DNA of 50,847 nt from the IMG/VR virus record IMGVR_UViG_3300017747_005287, positions 1 to 50,847 of that record; one strand, given 5' to 3'. Below the pieces are notes generated by a model. It searched no databases. It was given only the letters and a program-made list of their open reading frames with translations, and was not told the origin of the DNA. A program made the translations under genes and the position numbers. How positions within the stretch are numbered: the stretch's first letter is position 1; each line of letters starts with the position of its first letter. The stretch comes from a virus (taxonomy: Duplodnaviria; Caudoviricetes). Of this stretch, positions 28,167 through 38,146 are shown in pieces.

Positions 28167-28751
28167 ATGGAAAATAATCTTAAGAAAGAGTTCAATCCTC
28201 GCGATGTACAGAGGATGCGAAACATTATCACCGGCGATACGGGTGCTAGAACTCAAATCCAGACCGGATACGAAAAAAGTAATCAAGACCACAAAGAAGG
28301 TGATGTTTGGGAGGAAAACGGTAAGAAATGGACAATAAAGAACGGAATTAAAATGTCAGTTACCAAGCTCGATAAGATAAAAGAGCTGGTATTAATGCCT
28401 CTTACATGTCCAGAATGTGGAAACTTGATGAAAATTAACGATTACAACAAAAAAATGTGGGGTATTCACAAGAAATGCTTTGATTGCGTTATTAAAATGG
28501 AGTCAGAAATTAAGCGTCTTGGTGAATGGAACGAATATTCTGCAAATATTATGAATCGTAATAAGAACGCTGAATTAGATCACCTAGAAGCAGCCCTAGA
28601 GCAGTGGGTAGATCAATCAGAAACCTTTGTATCTGAACAAGGAGAGGTCGAAAAATGGGATGGAGGCGATAGAAAAGCCATTTATAAACAGGTTAAAGAA
28701 CAGATTGCTGAACTACGAAAACTGGATATTTATAATGGAGAAAATCCATAA
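28167..28751 (+). CDS. Zinc-finger hypothetical protein
   Basis: CPECG...CFDC. Confidence 0.75.
   Translation: MENNLKKEFNPRDVQRMRNIITGDTGARTQIQTGYEKSNQDHKEGDVWEENGKKWTIKNGIKMSVTKLDKIKELVLMPLTCPECGNLMKINDYNKKMWGIHKKCFDCVIKMESEIKRLGEWNEYSANIMNRNKNAELDHLEAALEQWVDQSETFVSEQGEVEKWDGGDRKAIYKQVKEQIAELRKLDIYNGENP
28727..28733 (+). promoter_or_regulatory. TATTTAT motif (putative late promoter)
   Basis: In the 3' end of ORF 28167, 20 nt before ATG 28754. Confidence 0.5.
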
Positions 28752-28753
28752 AA

Positions 28754-29332
28754 ATGCCCTTTAAATCACAAGCTCAACAGCGATTTATGTTCGCCAAGCA
28801 CCCCAAGATTGCAAAAAAGTGGGCTGCACATACTCCCGATATCACAAATCTACCTCAACACGTATCTCAAGAACCAGTAATATCAGAAAACTGGGATCAT
28901 CCAGGATGCGAGGATAAAATCGGTAAGATTTTCGTAGTTCTAAAGCCCGGACCTGAGTCTACACCTGATGATGTGATGCATCAAACACATGCTTTCGGTA
29001 TGGGACAGTTTGAGCCTCAAAGTGTTCATGGAGTTTACAATGAAGAAGAAGAAGCAAAGCTAGTTGCAGAAGCAGCTTGCATGGAGCTTCGTAAGCATTT
29101 AGAAGAAGTTGAGAAGAAAAAAGATACTGTTCTAGAAAAAATCGATAAACATATTGCCAGACTTCAGAAAGAGATAAACAGTCATATGAAAGATGCTACT
29201 GATCTTCCGGAAATGTCTGAAAAACATCATAATCTTGCCGAAAGAAAGATGGCTATGATTAAAGGGTTGCGTGATAAGCATAAAATGGTTAAAGCCGCTA
29301 AGAAGCAATTACCTGAAATCAAAGAAAAATAA
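28754..29332 (+). CDS. Hypothetical protein
   Basis: MPFKSQAQQRFMFA N-terminal module, C-terminal coiled coil. Confidence 0.8.
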   Translation: MPFKSQAQQRFMFAKHPKIAKKWAAHTPDITNLPQHVSQEPVISENWDHPGCEDKIGKIFVVLKPGPESTPDDVMHQTHAFGMGQFEPQSVHGVYNEEEEAKLVAEAACMELRKHLEEVEKKKDTVLEKIDKHIARLQKEINSHMKDATDLPEMSEKHHNLAERKMAMIKGLRDKHKMVKAAKKQLPEIKEK

Positions 29333-29694
29333 TGGAACAGTACGGAACTTTTATTGGAACACTGATGCAGAGCCGTAATCAGGCTCATATCTACCATCTA
29401 CAAACTCCTTCTTATGCCCAGCATATTGCTCTTCAAGGCTACTATGAAGGTATTATTCCGTTAATAGATGGACTTGTAGAGAGTTACCAAGGTAAATACG
29501 GTATTTTACGTGATTATAAGATGGCAGGTACGATTAAAGAGGACGAAAATCCTACAATGTACTTTGAAGGACTATGCAAATTCGTAGAAGCAATTCTACC
29601 TTCATTACCTCAAGATAATTTCCTTATAAATCAGTATGATGAAGTAATGACCTTGATACAATCAACTAAGTATAAGCTTAAATTCTTGCATTAA
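29332..29694 (+). CDS. Dps/ferritin-like four-helix protein
   Basis: AHIYHLQT..YAQHIAL..YYE...DGLVESYQG pattern resembles Dps ferroxidase helices. Confidence 0.65.
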   Translation: MEQYGTFIGTLMQSRNQAHIYHLQTPSYAQHIALQGYYEGIIPLIDGLVESYQGKYGILRDYKMAGTIKEDENPTMYFEGLCKFVEAILPSLPQDNFLINQYDEVMTLIQSTKYKLKFLH

Positions 29695-31184
29695 TGCAAC
29701 TATGGGAAGCTATAAGAACAGACCACTACCTCAAACGAAAAGCAGAGCGAGGTACAATTAAAGCTATTGAGCTCCCTGAAGCTGTTTACGGAGATAGAAA
29801 TAAAGAAGAAGTTGATAGCAAGTTAATTTCTGTACTTCAAGAAAAATTAAACGAAAACTTAACAAGGCTTGAGGTTAGTCACGTCGGAAGATCTAATAAC
29901 GTTAATCTTGGCGTTAAGGTTTTTATTCCTCAACTGGTACATAATGGCAAGAAGTATAATATAGGAATGATTAACGGGGATGGAGGTGGAACGATCTACT
30001 TAGTTGTTATAGCCAACAATAAGGCTCTAACAATGTATCCTACTTACAAATCAGATGATGAACAGATATTAGTCACTATTGAAGATCACCTTAGAAGAGA
30101 GAGACCAGAAGATCTAGGCGTAAGACCTCCAGACGTATATACTACATCTTACGCAGAATTTCTAGTAGATATTGACGGTAACAGGGTAATCGAGAAAGAA
30201 GAAAAACCTGAAATAATTAAAGCTTCAGAAACTTCGTTACCCTATAAAGTAAGGACTGACTACAGAAAAGGCAGCCCTTTCGAACACAAGCAATACGGTA
30301 AAGGAATAGTAATAGCAGCAGCAGGAGGAGGTAAGGGAGGTTCAAATGGTGTGGTAGATTGGGTAGAAGTTAAATTTGAAAAACCTGTTTTAAAAGGAGG
30401 AAAACTTCAAGATACTCGCCGGTTTGAAAATATTTTCACAAATGCATACTTCGGTAAAACTTTAAAAAGAGAAGATATGTCTCTAGAGGAGAAAAAGGGT
30501 ACATGCTGCGGTAAGTGCGGACACGTACACGTGAAGGGCACTAGTTGCCCTAAACCTTTTTTAACAGGAAAGCATCACTGCAGCCGTAGAACTAACGAAA
30601 TGCATACTATGGTCGATGACGGGGCAGACGAATTTCATCAAGTTAGAGCTGATGTAGAAGAAAGTATTCAAGAATTGACCGGCACTTCAGCAGGAGTAGA
30701 AGCTTTTTTAAATTTTCTTCAACAAAACCCTGAAGCACTAGCTCATTTACAAGATAAAGGATGGTATTTTAAAAAAATTCAAGACATAGTAAACTATATA
30801 CACGAAATAGATCAGAGAGAATTCGAAGAATTAAAACAAGATCTATCAGATTTTGATCCAAAATTTATTGATGAAACAGATCAATTCTGTGAAGCATGTC
30901 TGATGGAGTACTTAATGGAGTACGAAAACAAATTAGAAGAGGCCGAATATAGAGGACGTAAAGTTTCACTCGGTAAGCCTTTTTTAACCCCCGGAGGTCC
31001 AAAGAAAAGATCTGTGTATGTTAAGAATGCAAAGGGTAATGTAGTGAAAGTTAACTTCGGTGACCCTAATATGAAGATAAAAAAATCTAATCCTGCCCGT
31101 AGAAGGAGTTTTAGAGCAAGACATAAGTGTAGTAACCCTGGACCACGTTGGAAGGCACGTTACTGGTCCTGCAAAGCATGGTAA
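29694..31184 (+). CDS. Multi-module putative internal head protein
   Basis: Several modules separated by L/I-x-E sites, including Cys/His and Arg/Lys-rich modules. Confidence 0.75.
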   Translation: MQLWEAIRTDHYLKRKAERGTIKAIELPEAVYGDRNKEEVDSKLISVLQEKLNENLTRLEVSHVGRSNNVNLGVKVFIPQLVHNGKKYNIGMINGDGGGTIYLVVIANNKALTMYPTYKSDDEQILVTIEDHLRRERPEDLGVRPPDVYTTSYAEFLVDIDGNRVIEKEEKPEIIKASETSLPYKVRTDYRKGSPFEHKQYGKGIVIAAAGGGKGGSNGVVDWVEVKFEKPVLKGGKLQDTRRFENIFTNAYFGKTLKREDMSLEEKKGTCCGKCGHVHVKGTSCPKPFLTGKHHCSRRTNEMHTMVDDGADEFHQVRADVEESIQELTGTSAGVEAFLNFLQQNPEALAHLQDKGWYFKKIQDIVNYIHEIDQREFEELKQDLSDFDPKFIDETDQFCEACLMEYLMEYENKLEEAEYRGRKVSLGKPFLTPGGPKKRSVYVKNAKGNVVKVNFGDPNMKIKKSNPARRRSFRARHKCSNPGPRWKARYWSCKAW

Positions 31185-31185
31185 T

Positions 31186-31533
31186 ATGATTAAATTAGTT
31201 GATTTACTAATTGAAGTAAAAAAAGAAAAAGATCCTTTTGAAGAGTTTGCTGAAACTAGAGAGAAAGGTGCTGAAAAAATAGCGAAAAATGCTAAAGAGA
31301 AAGGCGGTTTTTCTATGTTGACTTACCATCATTTTGTTGTTAAGCTTCCTTACTATAAAAAAGCAGCAGAAGGAAAACTAGATCTAGAAAAAGCTAAAGA
31401 AGAGTATCACGACTTAGTCGAAAAACTTCATAAGGCTACAAAAGGTGATATAAAAATACAGCAAGTTGAATTTCAGAAACTTGTAGGTAAAATAGAAGTA
31501 TTAGGTGAGCTTCTCATTAAGAATAAAAAATGA
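31186..31533 (+). CDS. Putative internal head protein
   Basis: MIKLVDLLIE leader. Confidence 0.75.
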   Translation: MIKLVDLLIEVKKEKDPFEEFAETREKGAEKIAKNAKEKGGFSMLTYHHFVVKLPYYKKAAEGKLDLEKAKEEYHDLVEKLHKATKGDIKIQQVEFQKLVGKIEVLGELLIKNKK

Positions 31534-31922
31534 TTAAGCTTATCGACATATTAAACGAGATTATTGAGGAAAAGGAAGACCGCTGTCTTCGTATTGCTCG
31601 CCGTAAGTACGATAAGCCCTCTGCCTACCGTTCTGGTGCAATCGTGAGATGCCGTCAAGGAAAGATTTGGAAAGGACTAAAAGAAGAGGATATCACTGAA
31701 GAGAAGGAATCTCTTCATAAATGGTTTTCAAGACAAGGAGGTTCTGGTGGATCGAAAGGATGGGTAGACTGTAACACATGTAGAGAGGTAGATGGTAAGA
31801 CTAAATGTAAGTCTTGCGGTAGACAAAAAGGTGAAAAAAGATCTAAATATCCTTCTTGTAGACCAACACCTTCAGCTTGTAAAGATCCAGGTAAAGGTAA
31901 AAAATGGGGTAAAACAAAATGA
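31530..31922 (+). CDS. Basic Cys-rich putative internal head protein
   Basis: MIKLIDILNE leader; two K/R/C-rich modules. Confidence 0.75.
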   Translation: MIKLIDILNEIIEEKEDRCLRIARRKYDKPSAYRSGAIVRCRQGKIWKGLKEEDITEEKESLHKWFSRQGGSGGSKGWVDCNTCREVDGKTKCKSCGRQKGEKRSKYPSCRPTPSACKDPGKGKKWGKTK

Positions 31923-34597
31923 TCAAATCAGTAGACATAGAGAAAGAAGAATGTACGCCCTGTACTTCTAAGCGTAATAAAAAACTTATCTACAAGCTCA
32001 TAGAGCATACTGTATATAATTGGCCTAGTTCTATGAATGAGGCCTACAGTGAAGGAACTTTAAAAAAGTTTATTCAAAAATTTAAAGATGAGGCTGAAGA
32101 TTTAAATATTAATGTTACAGATGAAGATCTAGAAAATTATATTAAGAATTTTGATAAAGGAAAAGAAAAATTACCTCCCGATCAAAGAGATTTAGATAAA
32201 TGGTCTATTTCTAAACTTATTAAATTCGCAACTGCAAGCCCTGGAGATGAAGCACCTGAAGCAATAGATATAACACCAGATGTAGTCTACCACAACGATG
32301 ATGATAGTATTGTAGTATATAATGGAAGTAAAGAAGGCAATTGTATTAGATTTGGAAAGGGAGAAAAGTGGTGTATAACTAGAGGTTCGTATGCTAACTA
32401 TAGGTATAGCTTAAACAAAGGTTATCCTACTTTTTACCTGGCTAGAAATACAAACCTGCCTGATAGTAATAAACTAAGCTTTGTAGCTATTCAAGTTAGA
32501 AATCCTGAGACAGAAGATGTAGACGAAAGATACGTTTATACAAATAGAGGGAATTCGCCTAACGAATCAGAGCCAATGAGTCTAGATCGACTCGAAAGAG
32601 AAGTTCCTTGGCTAAGAGAAATCCCAAACCTTGAGAATGTTCTGAAATACATACCGCTATCAACCGGCGAAAAAGTAACACAGCAGTATAAGAATAATCC
32701 TGTAAGTTACAGCGAGTGGACTAAACTCCCGTTTTCAGTAAAGAAACAATACCTAGTTGTCAGGAAAGACGTTAGAGGGCGAAACGGTAACGAGAGAATC
32801 TTTAGTGATATAGACGATAGAGATTTTGTAGAAAACCATTTAGCGAAATATCCAGAAATACTTAATTTCGTAGCTACCACTCCTGGTGTAATTAAACCTA
32901 CTATCCTTATAAGAGCCCTAGAAAAGTTCCCTGATTCGGCAAGACGTTCGATAATGGCAAACTTCTTTGAAGATGTCGATCAAAAATATTTAGCATCTTC
33001 ATTCTTACCTTTCAACGTCAAGAAGCTTTTAGTTAAACTCGGTAAGTACGAATTAAAACCTGATGAGAGACTGTATGTAGCTAAAGACGGTGATACAATA
33101 GTAAAGTTAACTTTTGAAGATCCATTAAAGATTCAATTGTATCAAGAAGATGATAATTACCCGAATGTAAAACTGACAAAAAGAACATCAAAATATTTAC
33201 TAGATTATCCTGAATTAGAAAAAGTCCCTTTTAAGACTTTTGTAGATTTAGTAAAGGACGGAGCAATAAGTAACGATGTAATTAAAAAGTTAGTAGAAAA
33301 GATAAAAGAGAAACCCGGAGAGAGCGGTATTACGGTCAAGCCTGTTGATGATGGTGATATTATACTAGATTCAAGTTCTCTGACCTCGTTTAAGATAGAC
33401 AAAGAAGGTAATATAACACAGGTACCGTTTAATGACGAAGAAGTACAGCAAGCATTCGACGACTCTATAGATAATGAAACATTCCAGAAGAATGTTCTTA
33501 ACATATTTAGAACAAATAAAGATATTCCTGCTACCGTAGACAAAGACGCTTTATTAAACGTTGTAGAATCGATACCTTACGGTAATAGAACATTTGGAGA
33601 AGGAGAGGATAGGGTGGTGTTATTATCGACGCCGCAAGGTGAGAGGAATTTCTTTTTTATGCAAACTAATCCTACAAGCGGTAGGGCCTATACTATTTCA
33701 CCGGCTCTATTTGGAAGAGGTAGAGACTGGAGACGATATGATACTCAAGAAAATTTAGATCGATCAATGTATCCTGCCTATTTCAATTACTTAAGACAGA
33801 GCGGTAATTTGATTGACGACGCTCTGCTGATCGATATCCTAAGTAACGGAATGTATACTAGTTTGTATAACTTTGCCGCTTCTAATCCCCCTGTTAATCC
33901 GCAAAATAGGTATAAATTAGCAGTTGATGGTGATAGGGTTTTATTAATAGATCCACAAAATCCAAGAAATACTCGTAAGCCATCTACACGTAGTGGACTA
34001 GTACAAGCACCAATTTCTGCTGCAAAAGCAAATCAACTACTAGGCGTTCAAGCCCCACAACAACAACCCACACAACAGCAACAGCCACAACAGCAAGGCG
34101 TAACACGTGCCTACTGGCAACAACCTGCACCGGTAGGTAATATTAGTGTAGGAGACAAAATGACCGAATTAGGCGCAGCCGTGCAATTTAATAGACTCCC
34201 AGACCGAGATAGACGTAGATTGAATATTGATAACGCAGCTCCTCTCAACCGCTTAACTGATGGAGGTGCTCGCCGTAGAAACCAGTTATTAGGAACTGCC
34301 GGAATTGTAACAGATGCAATAGCTGTAGGCCAGAGCCGTATGTATATAATAAGACTTAGAAACGGTCAAACTGTAATTTCAATTAAGGTATATCCAGGTA
34401 ATAGAGAATATTTACTGATACCTGGTCAAGCAGCTCTACAATTAAACGAACCTGGAGATTTAATAACAGCACTACGTCAACGTAACCTGGCAGAAGCTAA
34501 AAAATATTTAATAAGAAGTTATTTAGATACTAACCCTGCTAATCTAGAAGAGTTTAAACAAATTTTGCGTAAGCATATAAATAAGAAGCATGAATAA
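31919..34597 (+). CDS. Large hypothetical protein, putative internal head protein
   Basis: 892 aa; MIKSVDIEKE leader, KWCITR motif, Gln-rich linker. Confidence 0.8.
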   Translation: MIKSVDIEKEECTPCTSKRNKKLIYKLIEHTVYNWPSSMNEAYSEGTLKKFIQKFKDEAEDLNINVTDEDLENYIKNFDKGKEKLPPDQRDLDKWSISKLIKFATASPGDEAPEAIDITPDVVYHNDDDSIVVYNGSKEGNCIRFGKGEKWCITRGSYANYRYSLNKGYPTFYLARNTNLPDSNKLSFVAIQVRNPETEDVDERYVYTNRGNSPNESEPMSLDRLEREVPWLREIPNLENVLKYIPLSTGEKVTQQYKNNPVSYSEWTKLPFSVKKQYLVVRKDVRGRNGNERIFSDIDDRDFVENHLAKYPEILNFVATTPGVIKPTILIRALEKFPDSARRSIMANFFEDVDQKYLASSFLPFNVKKLLVKLGKYELKPDERLYVAKDGDTIVKLTFEDPLKIQLYQEDDNYPNVKLTKRTSKYLLDYPELEKVPFKTFVDLVKDGAISNDVIKKLVEKIKEKPGESGITVKPVDDGDIILDSSSLTSFKIDKEGNITQVPFNDEEVQQAFDDSIDNETFQKNVLNIFRTNKDIPATVDKDALLNVVESIPYGNRTFGEGEDRVVLLSTPQGERNFFFMQTNPTSGRAYTISPALFGRGRDWRRYDTQENLDRSMYPAYFNYLRQSGNLIDDALLIDILSNGMYTSLYNFAASNPPVNPQNRYKLAVDGDRVLLIDPQNPRNTRKPSTRSGLVQAPISAAKANQLLGVQAPQQQPTQQQQPQQQGVTRAYWQQPAPVGNISVGDKMTELGAAVQFNRLPDRDRRRLNIDNAAPLNRLTDGGARRRNQLLGTAGIVTDAIAVGQSRMYIIRLRNGQTVISIKVYPGNREYLLIPGQAALQLNEPGDLITALRQRNLAEAKKYLIRSYLDTNPANLEEFKQILRKHINKKHE
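34053..34096 (+). repeat. Gln/Pro low-complexity (caa/cag) tract
   Basis: ccacaacaacaacccacacaacagcaacagccacaacagcaa encoding PQQQPTQQQQPQQQ. Confidence 0.6.
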
Positions 34598-34850
34598 GAA
34601 AGTAATAGTAGAAATACTACGCCGCATTGTAAAAAAGAATATAGTGGAGAATGCACCTGCTCCTTCTAAACCAAAAGAAAAACCGGACGTAGCCGAACCG
34701 CCTACTAAAGCACCAGGTAAACCAAAACCCCGCCGTCCTCTAGGTAACCCTGATGTTAAACCTGCACCTAAGGCCAAAGCTTCAATGAAAGAAGCTGAAA
34801 TGTTAGATAAAATCGTTAAACGTTTTAGAACAACTAAAAAGAATGGCTAA
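34590..34850 (+). CDS. Pro/Lys-rich small protein
   Basis: IVE-NAPAPSKPKEKP...; overlaps both neighbours. Confidence 0.75.
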   Translation: MNKKVIVEILRRIVKKNIVENAPAPSKPKEKPDVAEPPTKAPGKPKPRRPLGNPDVKPAPKAKASMKEAEMLDKIVKRFRTTKKNG

Positions 34851-36015
34851 ACTTCTAGAAATAGAATACGAAAAAATATTTTCACCTAAGACTATGAACG
34901 CCCTTAAGGGTAAGTCTGGTGAGTCTTTGCGTCAAATGACCGGCAATAAAGATCTGATGCAAACACTTTTACGTTCCCAAGAATTATTAAATCAAATTAT
35001 CGAAGCCGAAGACGGGTACCGCGACGAATTAGAAATGGTAGCTGCACAGATGGTTACTGATGCGTACCCGATTATTGATTATGCAAATATAAAAATAGAC
35101 GGTAAGATCGTTGGGGGAGAGAACCTAGATATACAACACCCACCGCCACAGGACGATCCATCATCACCTAGTTTTGGAGAAGGAGATCCAGAAAAGTTAA
35201 AAGCTAAGCGACGTATTATAAACGGTATTACTCAAGGTGCTTCTATAAGAGGCTCTTTTGGTTTTATGCTTTTTAAGGAGTATTTAGATCAATTAAATCC
35301 AGAACTAGTTGCAAAATATAATGAGATATTAAAACTAGTATTCGGGATTTACGATGACGAGAACGCTATTGCTATGATGCTAGCTGCACTTGCTCAAGGA
35401 CAGAAAATGCAAGGAGGTGAAAGCGATATGGAGTATGACGAAGAGAATGAGCAGTTTGTTATTAAAGCTAAAGCACTTTGTTTTCCGATGCTTGTCCACG
35501 AGATAGTAAAAGGATTATACGAGATAGTAGGAACTGAAGGATTTGGTGCCGACAAAGAAAAGAATCAAGCCATTGTAGGTGCTGTAGATAAATTATCTAA
35601 TGAACCAAACGATTTACGTTTCGGTAAATTTTTCTACGATGCTATTTCAAAACTTTATAACGAGAGTAATGTAGAAGATGCACGTGTTCGTGAATTATTT
35701 TTTGCCGAAGTATATAAATTAGGTGAAGACGAATTTATTTCTTTTGTAGAGAATGCTGTTAATGATGAATTGATACCTGATCAAAAACAGTGGGCTACAA
35801 ATACAATGAAGGATATCGAAAAGGATCTGAAGAAAGACGATACAGGTCTAGAAGATTTAGATGAAGGAATAGACGATCCAGTAAAGCCTGGAATTCTTAA
35901 AAAAAGACTTGGGAAACTATCATGCTCAAGGGTTAGATCTGCTAAATCAAAACTAAAAGATAAAGGAACTCACTACGCAAAAGCACTTCAAAGATACTTA
36001 AACTATCATTGCTAA
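34843..36015 (+). CDS. Hypothetical protein with C-terminal basic module
   Basis: 390 aa; KRRIINGITQGA, LVHEIVKG; after LDE a basic Cys-containing tail. Confidence 0.8.
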   Translation: MAKLLEIEYEKIFSPKTMNALKGKSGESLRQMTGNKDLMQTLLRSQELLNQIIEAEDGYRDELEMVAAQMVTDAYPIIDYANIKIDGKIVGGENLDIQHPPPQDDPSSPSFGEGDPEKLKAKRRIINGITQGASIRGSFGFMLFKEYLDQLNPELVAKYNEILKLVFGIYDDENAIAMMLAALAQGQKMQGGESDMEYDEENEQFVIKAKALCFPMLVHEIVKGLYEIVGTEGFGADKEKNQAIVGAVDKLSNEPNDLRFGKFFYDAISKLYNESNVEDARVRELFFAEVYKLGEDEFISFVENAVNDELIPDQKQWATNTMKDIEKDLKKDDTGLEDLDEGIDDPVKPGILKKRLGKLSCSRVRSAKSKLKDKGTHYAKALQRYLNYHC

Positions 36016-36016
36016 C

Positions 36017-36023
36017 TATTTAT
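36017..36023 (+). promoter_or_regulatory. TATTTAT motif (putative late promoter)
   Basis: 4 nt before ATG 36028. Confidence 0.6.
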
Positions 36024-36027
36024 TACC

Positions 36028-36528
36028 ATGATAAAGCTAAAAAATTTACTACCCGAAGGACAGTGTAACGAGTGCGGACGTGATTGGAATCACGGACATG
36101 ATCACGAAGCTGGTATGGCCAAAAACGAGTTAAGAGATGCGATCTCCAACGCTTCTAAGATAGATCAAATGATCGGTGAAGGAGATAATCTACCGGGCTG
36201 GGTTTCCGCTTACATTTCTCTTGCAGCTGACTATATGCATTCAGTAGCCGAGTATCTTGCAGGCGAATCTAGTAGAATGGATGAACCAGGACCTGGATAC
36301 GGAATGATGGAAGGTGTTTTATCTGAAGTAACCCCTGGTGCAGACGAAATCGAAAAAGCTATTGAAGCCGGTAAAATCGATCCAAAAAAGGTTGAAGATG
36401 CTGCTAAAAAAGCAATGCAGGGAGACAGTACCGATCTAGCATTATTGATGGTAAATGCTATGGCAGGGTTACACGAAGCTAAGAAAAAGCCTTCTGCCGG
36501 TCTTACTAAAAAACAAAAATCTAGGTAA
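36028..36528 (+). CDS. Putative internal head protein
   Basis: MIKLKNLLPE leader; DHEAGMA...LPGWV...AADY module. Confidence 0.75.
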   Translation: MIKLKNLLPEGQCNECGRDWNHGHDHEAGMAKNELRDAISNASKIDQMIGEGDNLPGWVSAYISLAADYMHSVAEYLAGESSRMDEPGPGYGMMEGVLSEVTPGADEIEKAIEAGKIDPKKVEDAAKKAMQGDSTDLALLMVNAMAGLHEAKKKPSAGLTKKQKSR

Positions 36529-36529
36529 A

Positions 36530-37129
36530 ATGAATCTAGACAAATTAAAAGGACACGTACCCGACGCTGTAATCAAACAGATTCCTGAAGTAGGAGAGAA
36601 GTTTGCTATCAATACACCCTTGCGCCTTGCACATTTTCTCTCTCAGTGCGGACACGAGAGCGGTAATTTTAGAGTAGTAAACGAAAATTTAAATTACGGT
36701 GCAAAAGGATTACTTGGTCTTTTTAAAAAGTATTTTCCTACACCAGAAAAAGCTAAATTATACGAGCGTAAGCCCGAAAAAATTGCTAACTTAATCTACG
36801 GAGGTAGAATGGGTAACGGTCCAGAAGCATCAGGAGATGGATGGAAACATAGAGGGCGCGGATACATTCAATTAACAGGAAAGGATAACTATACAGCATT
36901 TGGTAAAGCAATTGGTGTAGATATTTTAGCCAATCCTGACCTTGTTGCTACAAAGTATCCTCTGTTATCGGCTGCCTGGTATTGGAATAGCCGTAAGATT
37001 AATGCAGTAGCCGATCAAGGAGCTACCGACGTTGTAGTGACTAAAATAACTAAACTCGTAAACGGAGGTACAATTGGCCTTGCAGACCGTATTAAACATT
37101 TTAAAGAGTATCACGACTTATTAACATAA
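36530..37129 (+). CDS. Glycoside hydrolase family 19 endolysin
   Basis: RLAHFLSQCGHES, ENLNY, RGRGYIQLTGKDNY, SAAWYW, VNGG..GL.DR; ATG 36530 preferred over 36455. Confidence 0.92.
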   Translation: MNLDKLKGHVPDAVIKQIPEVGEKFAINTPLRLAHFLSQCGHESGNFRVVNENLNYGAKGLLGLFKKYFPTPEKAKLYERKPEKIANLIYGGRMGNGPEASGDGWKHRGRGYIQLTGKDNYTAFGKAIGVDILANPDLVATKYPLLSAAWYWNSRKINAVADQGATDVVVTKITKLVNGGTIGLADRIKHFKEYHDLLT

Positions 37130-37130
37130 T

Positions 37131-37634
37131 ATGAAAAAGAAAACATTACTTAGCGAAGTTCGCCAGCTACAAAAGATTGCCGGTATTTTGAAGGAAAACA
37201 GCTCTGCCAATGAGTACGCTATGGATATAGTTGACATGCTGTCATCTGGAGCAGGAGAATCAACAGGCTTAAACACACCAGCTTTTGAAAATATAGTAGC
37301 AAAAATTAAATCTGAAGGTCTAATAGATGCAGTAAGTAAAGTTTTAGTAGATTACATAAACAGTGGGGAAGGATTTACTGAGGAAGATATTATCGGACTT
37401 CAAAAATTCGGATTCAATATGCAAGGAGCTGATGTAGGCGGAGATGATTCTACAATGCGTCAAATAGAAAGATGGTATTGGAACACTAATCCACGTGTAG
37501 ATAATATGTCTCAAGAAGAAGTTGAAAGAGCCCTTGCAGACCATTACGACGAGTGGATTAAATCCAAACATTTTTACGACGGAAATATACAAGCTTACTT
37601 CGACGAAGTTGAAAGAAATGGTGATTGGTATTAA
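37131..37634 (+). CDS. Putative internal head protein with LAGI-type leader
   Basis: MKKKTLLSEVRQLQKIAGILKE. Confidence 0.75.
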   Translation: MKKKTLLSEVRQLQKIAGILKENSSANEYAMDIVDMLSSGAGESTGLNTPAFENIVAKIKSEGLIDAVSKVLVDYINSGEGFTEEDIIGLQKFGFNMQGADVGGDDSTMRQIERWYWNTNPRVDNMSQEEVERALADHYDEWIKSKHFYDGNIQAYFDEVERNGDWY

Positions 37635-37642
37635 ATAAGACT

Positions 37643-38113
37643 ATGACAACTAGAGATATCATAAGAAGGTTAATACTCAATGAAGTTGAGAGGATGGAAC
37701 CAAAAGTTAAATCTTTTGAAGATGATCCTATTAACTTTATACTACAGAAGTATCCTACCCTTAGAAAGACCTTGGAGATGTTAATGTCTCCTGCTTATAA
37801 AGACTATATTACAGGTATATACATTATTGCACCCAAGCCCACTACCTTTAAAATAGTTCTTCATAATGGACAGACTTTTATGCTTACCTTCCTAGGTAAG
37901 GCCTATGAGGCTACAGTAGCGGGAAAGAAGTTTTACCTGCAGACAATCGGGGAAAGGGAGAGATGTACTAATGCTATCGCACGTATATTATCCGTCGGTA
38001 ATCCCATTGAGACTAAGGGTCCTGAAGGTGAAGAGCAGGTAGCCGGTGAACCAGAAGAGGCAGAAGAAGAAACACCGCCTGCAGAAGCTGAAGCAGAAGA
38101 AACAGAAGCCTAA
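37643..38113 (+). CDS. Hypothetical protein, acidic tail
   Basis: ATG 37643 (MTTRDIIRRLILNE). Confidence 0.75.
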   Translation: MTTRDIIRRLILNEVERMEPKVKSFEDDPINFILQKYPTLRKTLEMLMSPAYKDYITGIYIIAPKPTTFKIVLHNGQTFMLTFLGKAYEATVAGKKFYLQTIGERERCTNAIARILSVGNPIETKGPEGEEQVAGEPEEAEEETPPAEAEAEETEA

Positions 38114-38118
38114 AATAT

Positions 38119-38146
38119 AAAGCCCTCCAAATTCGGAGGGTTTTTT
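38119..38146 (+). terminator. Rho-independent terminator
   Basis: aagccctcc/ggagggttt stem followed by T run. Confidence 0.85.

Noticed and set aside
36455-36529. Possible +1 frameshift at AAA-AAA-C fusing leader protein 36028 to the GH19 lysin
   Set aside because: The lysin has its own ATG 1 nt after the upstream stop, a 25-codon open stretch can arise by chance, and no stimulatory structure was seen
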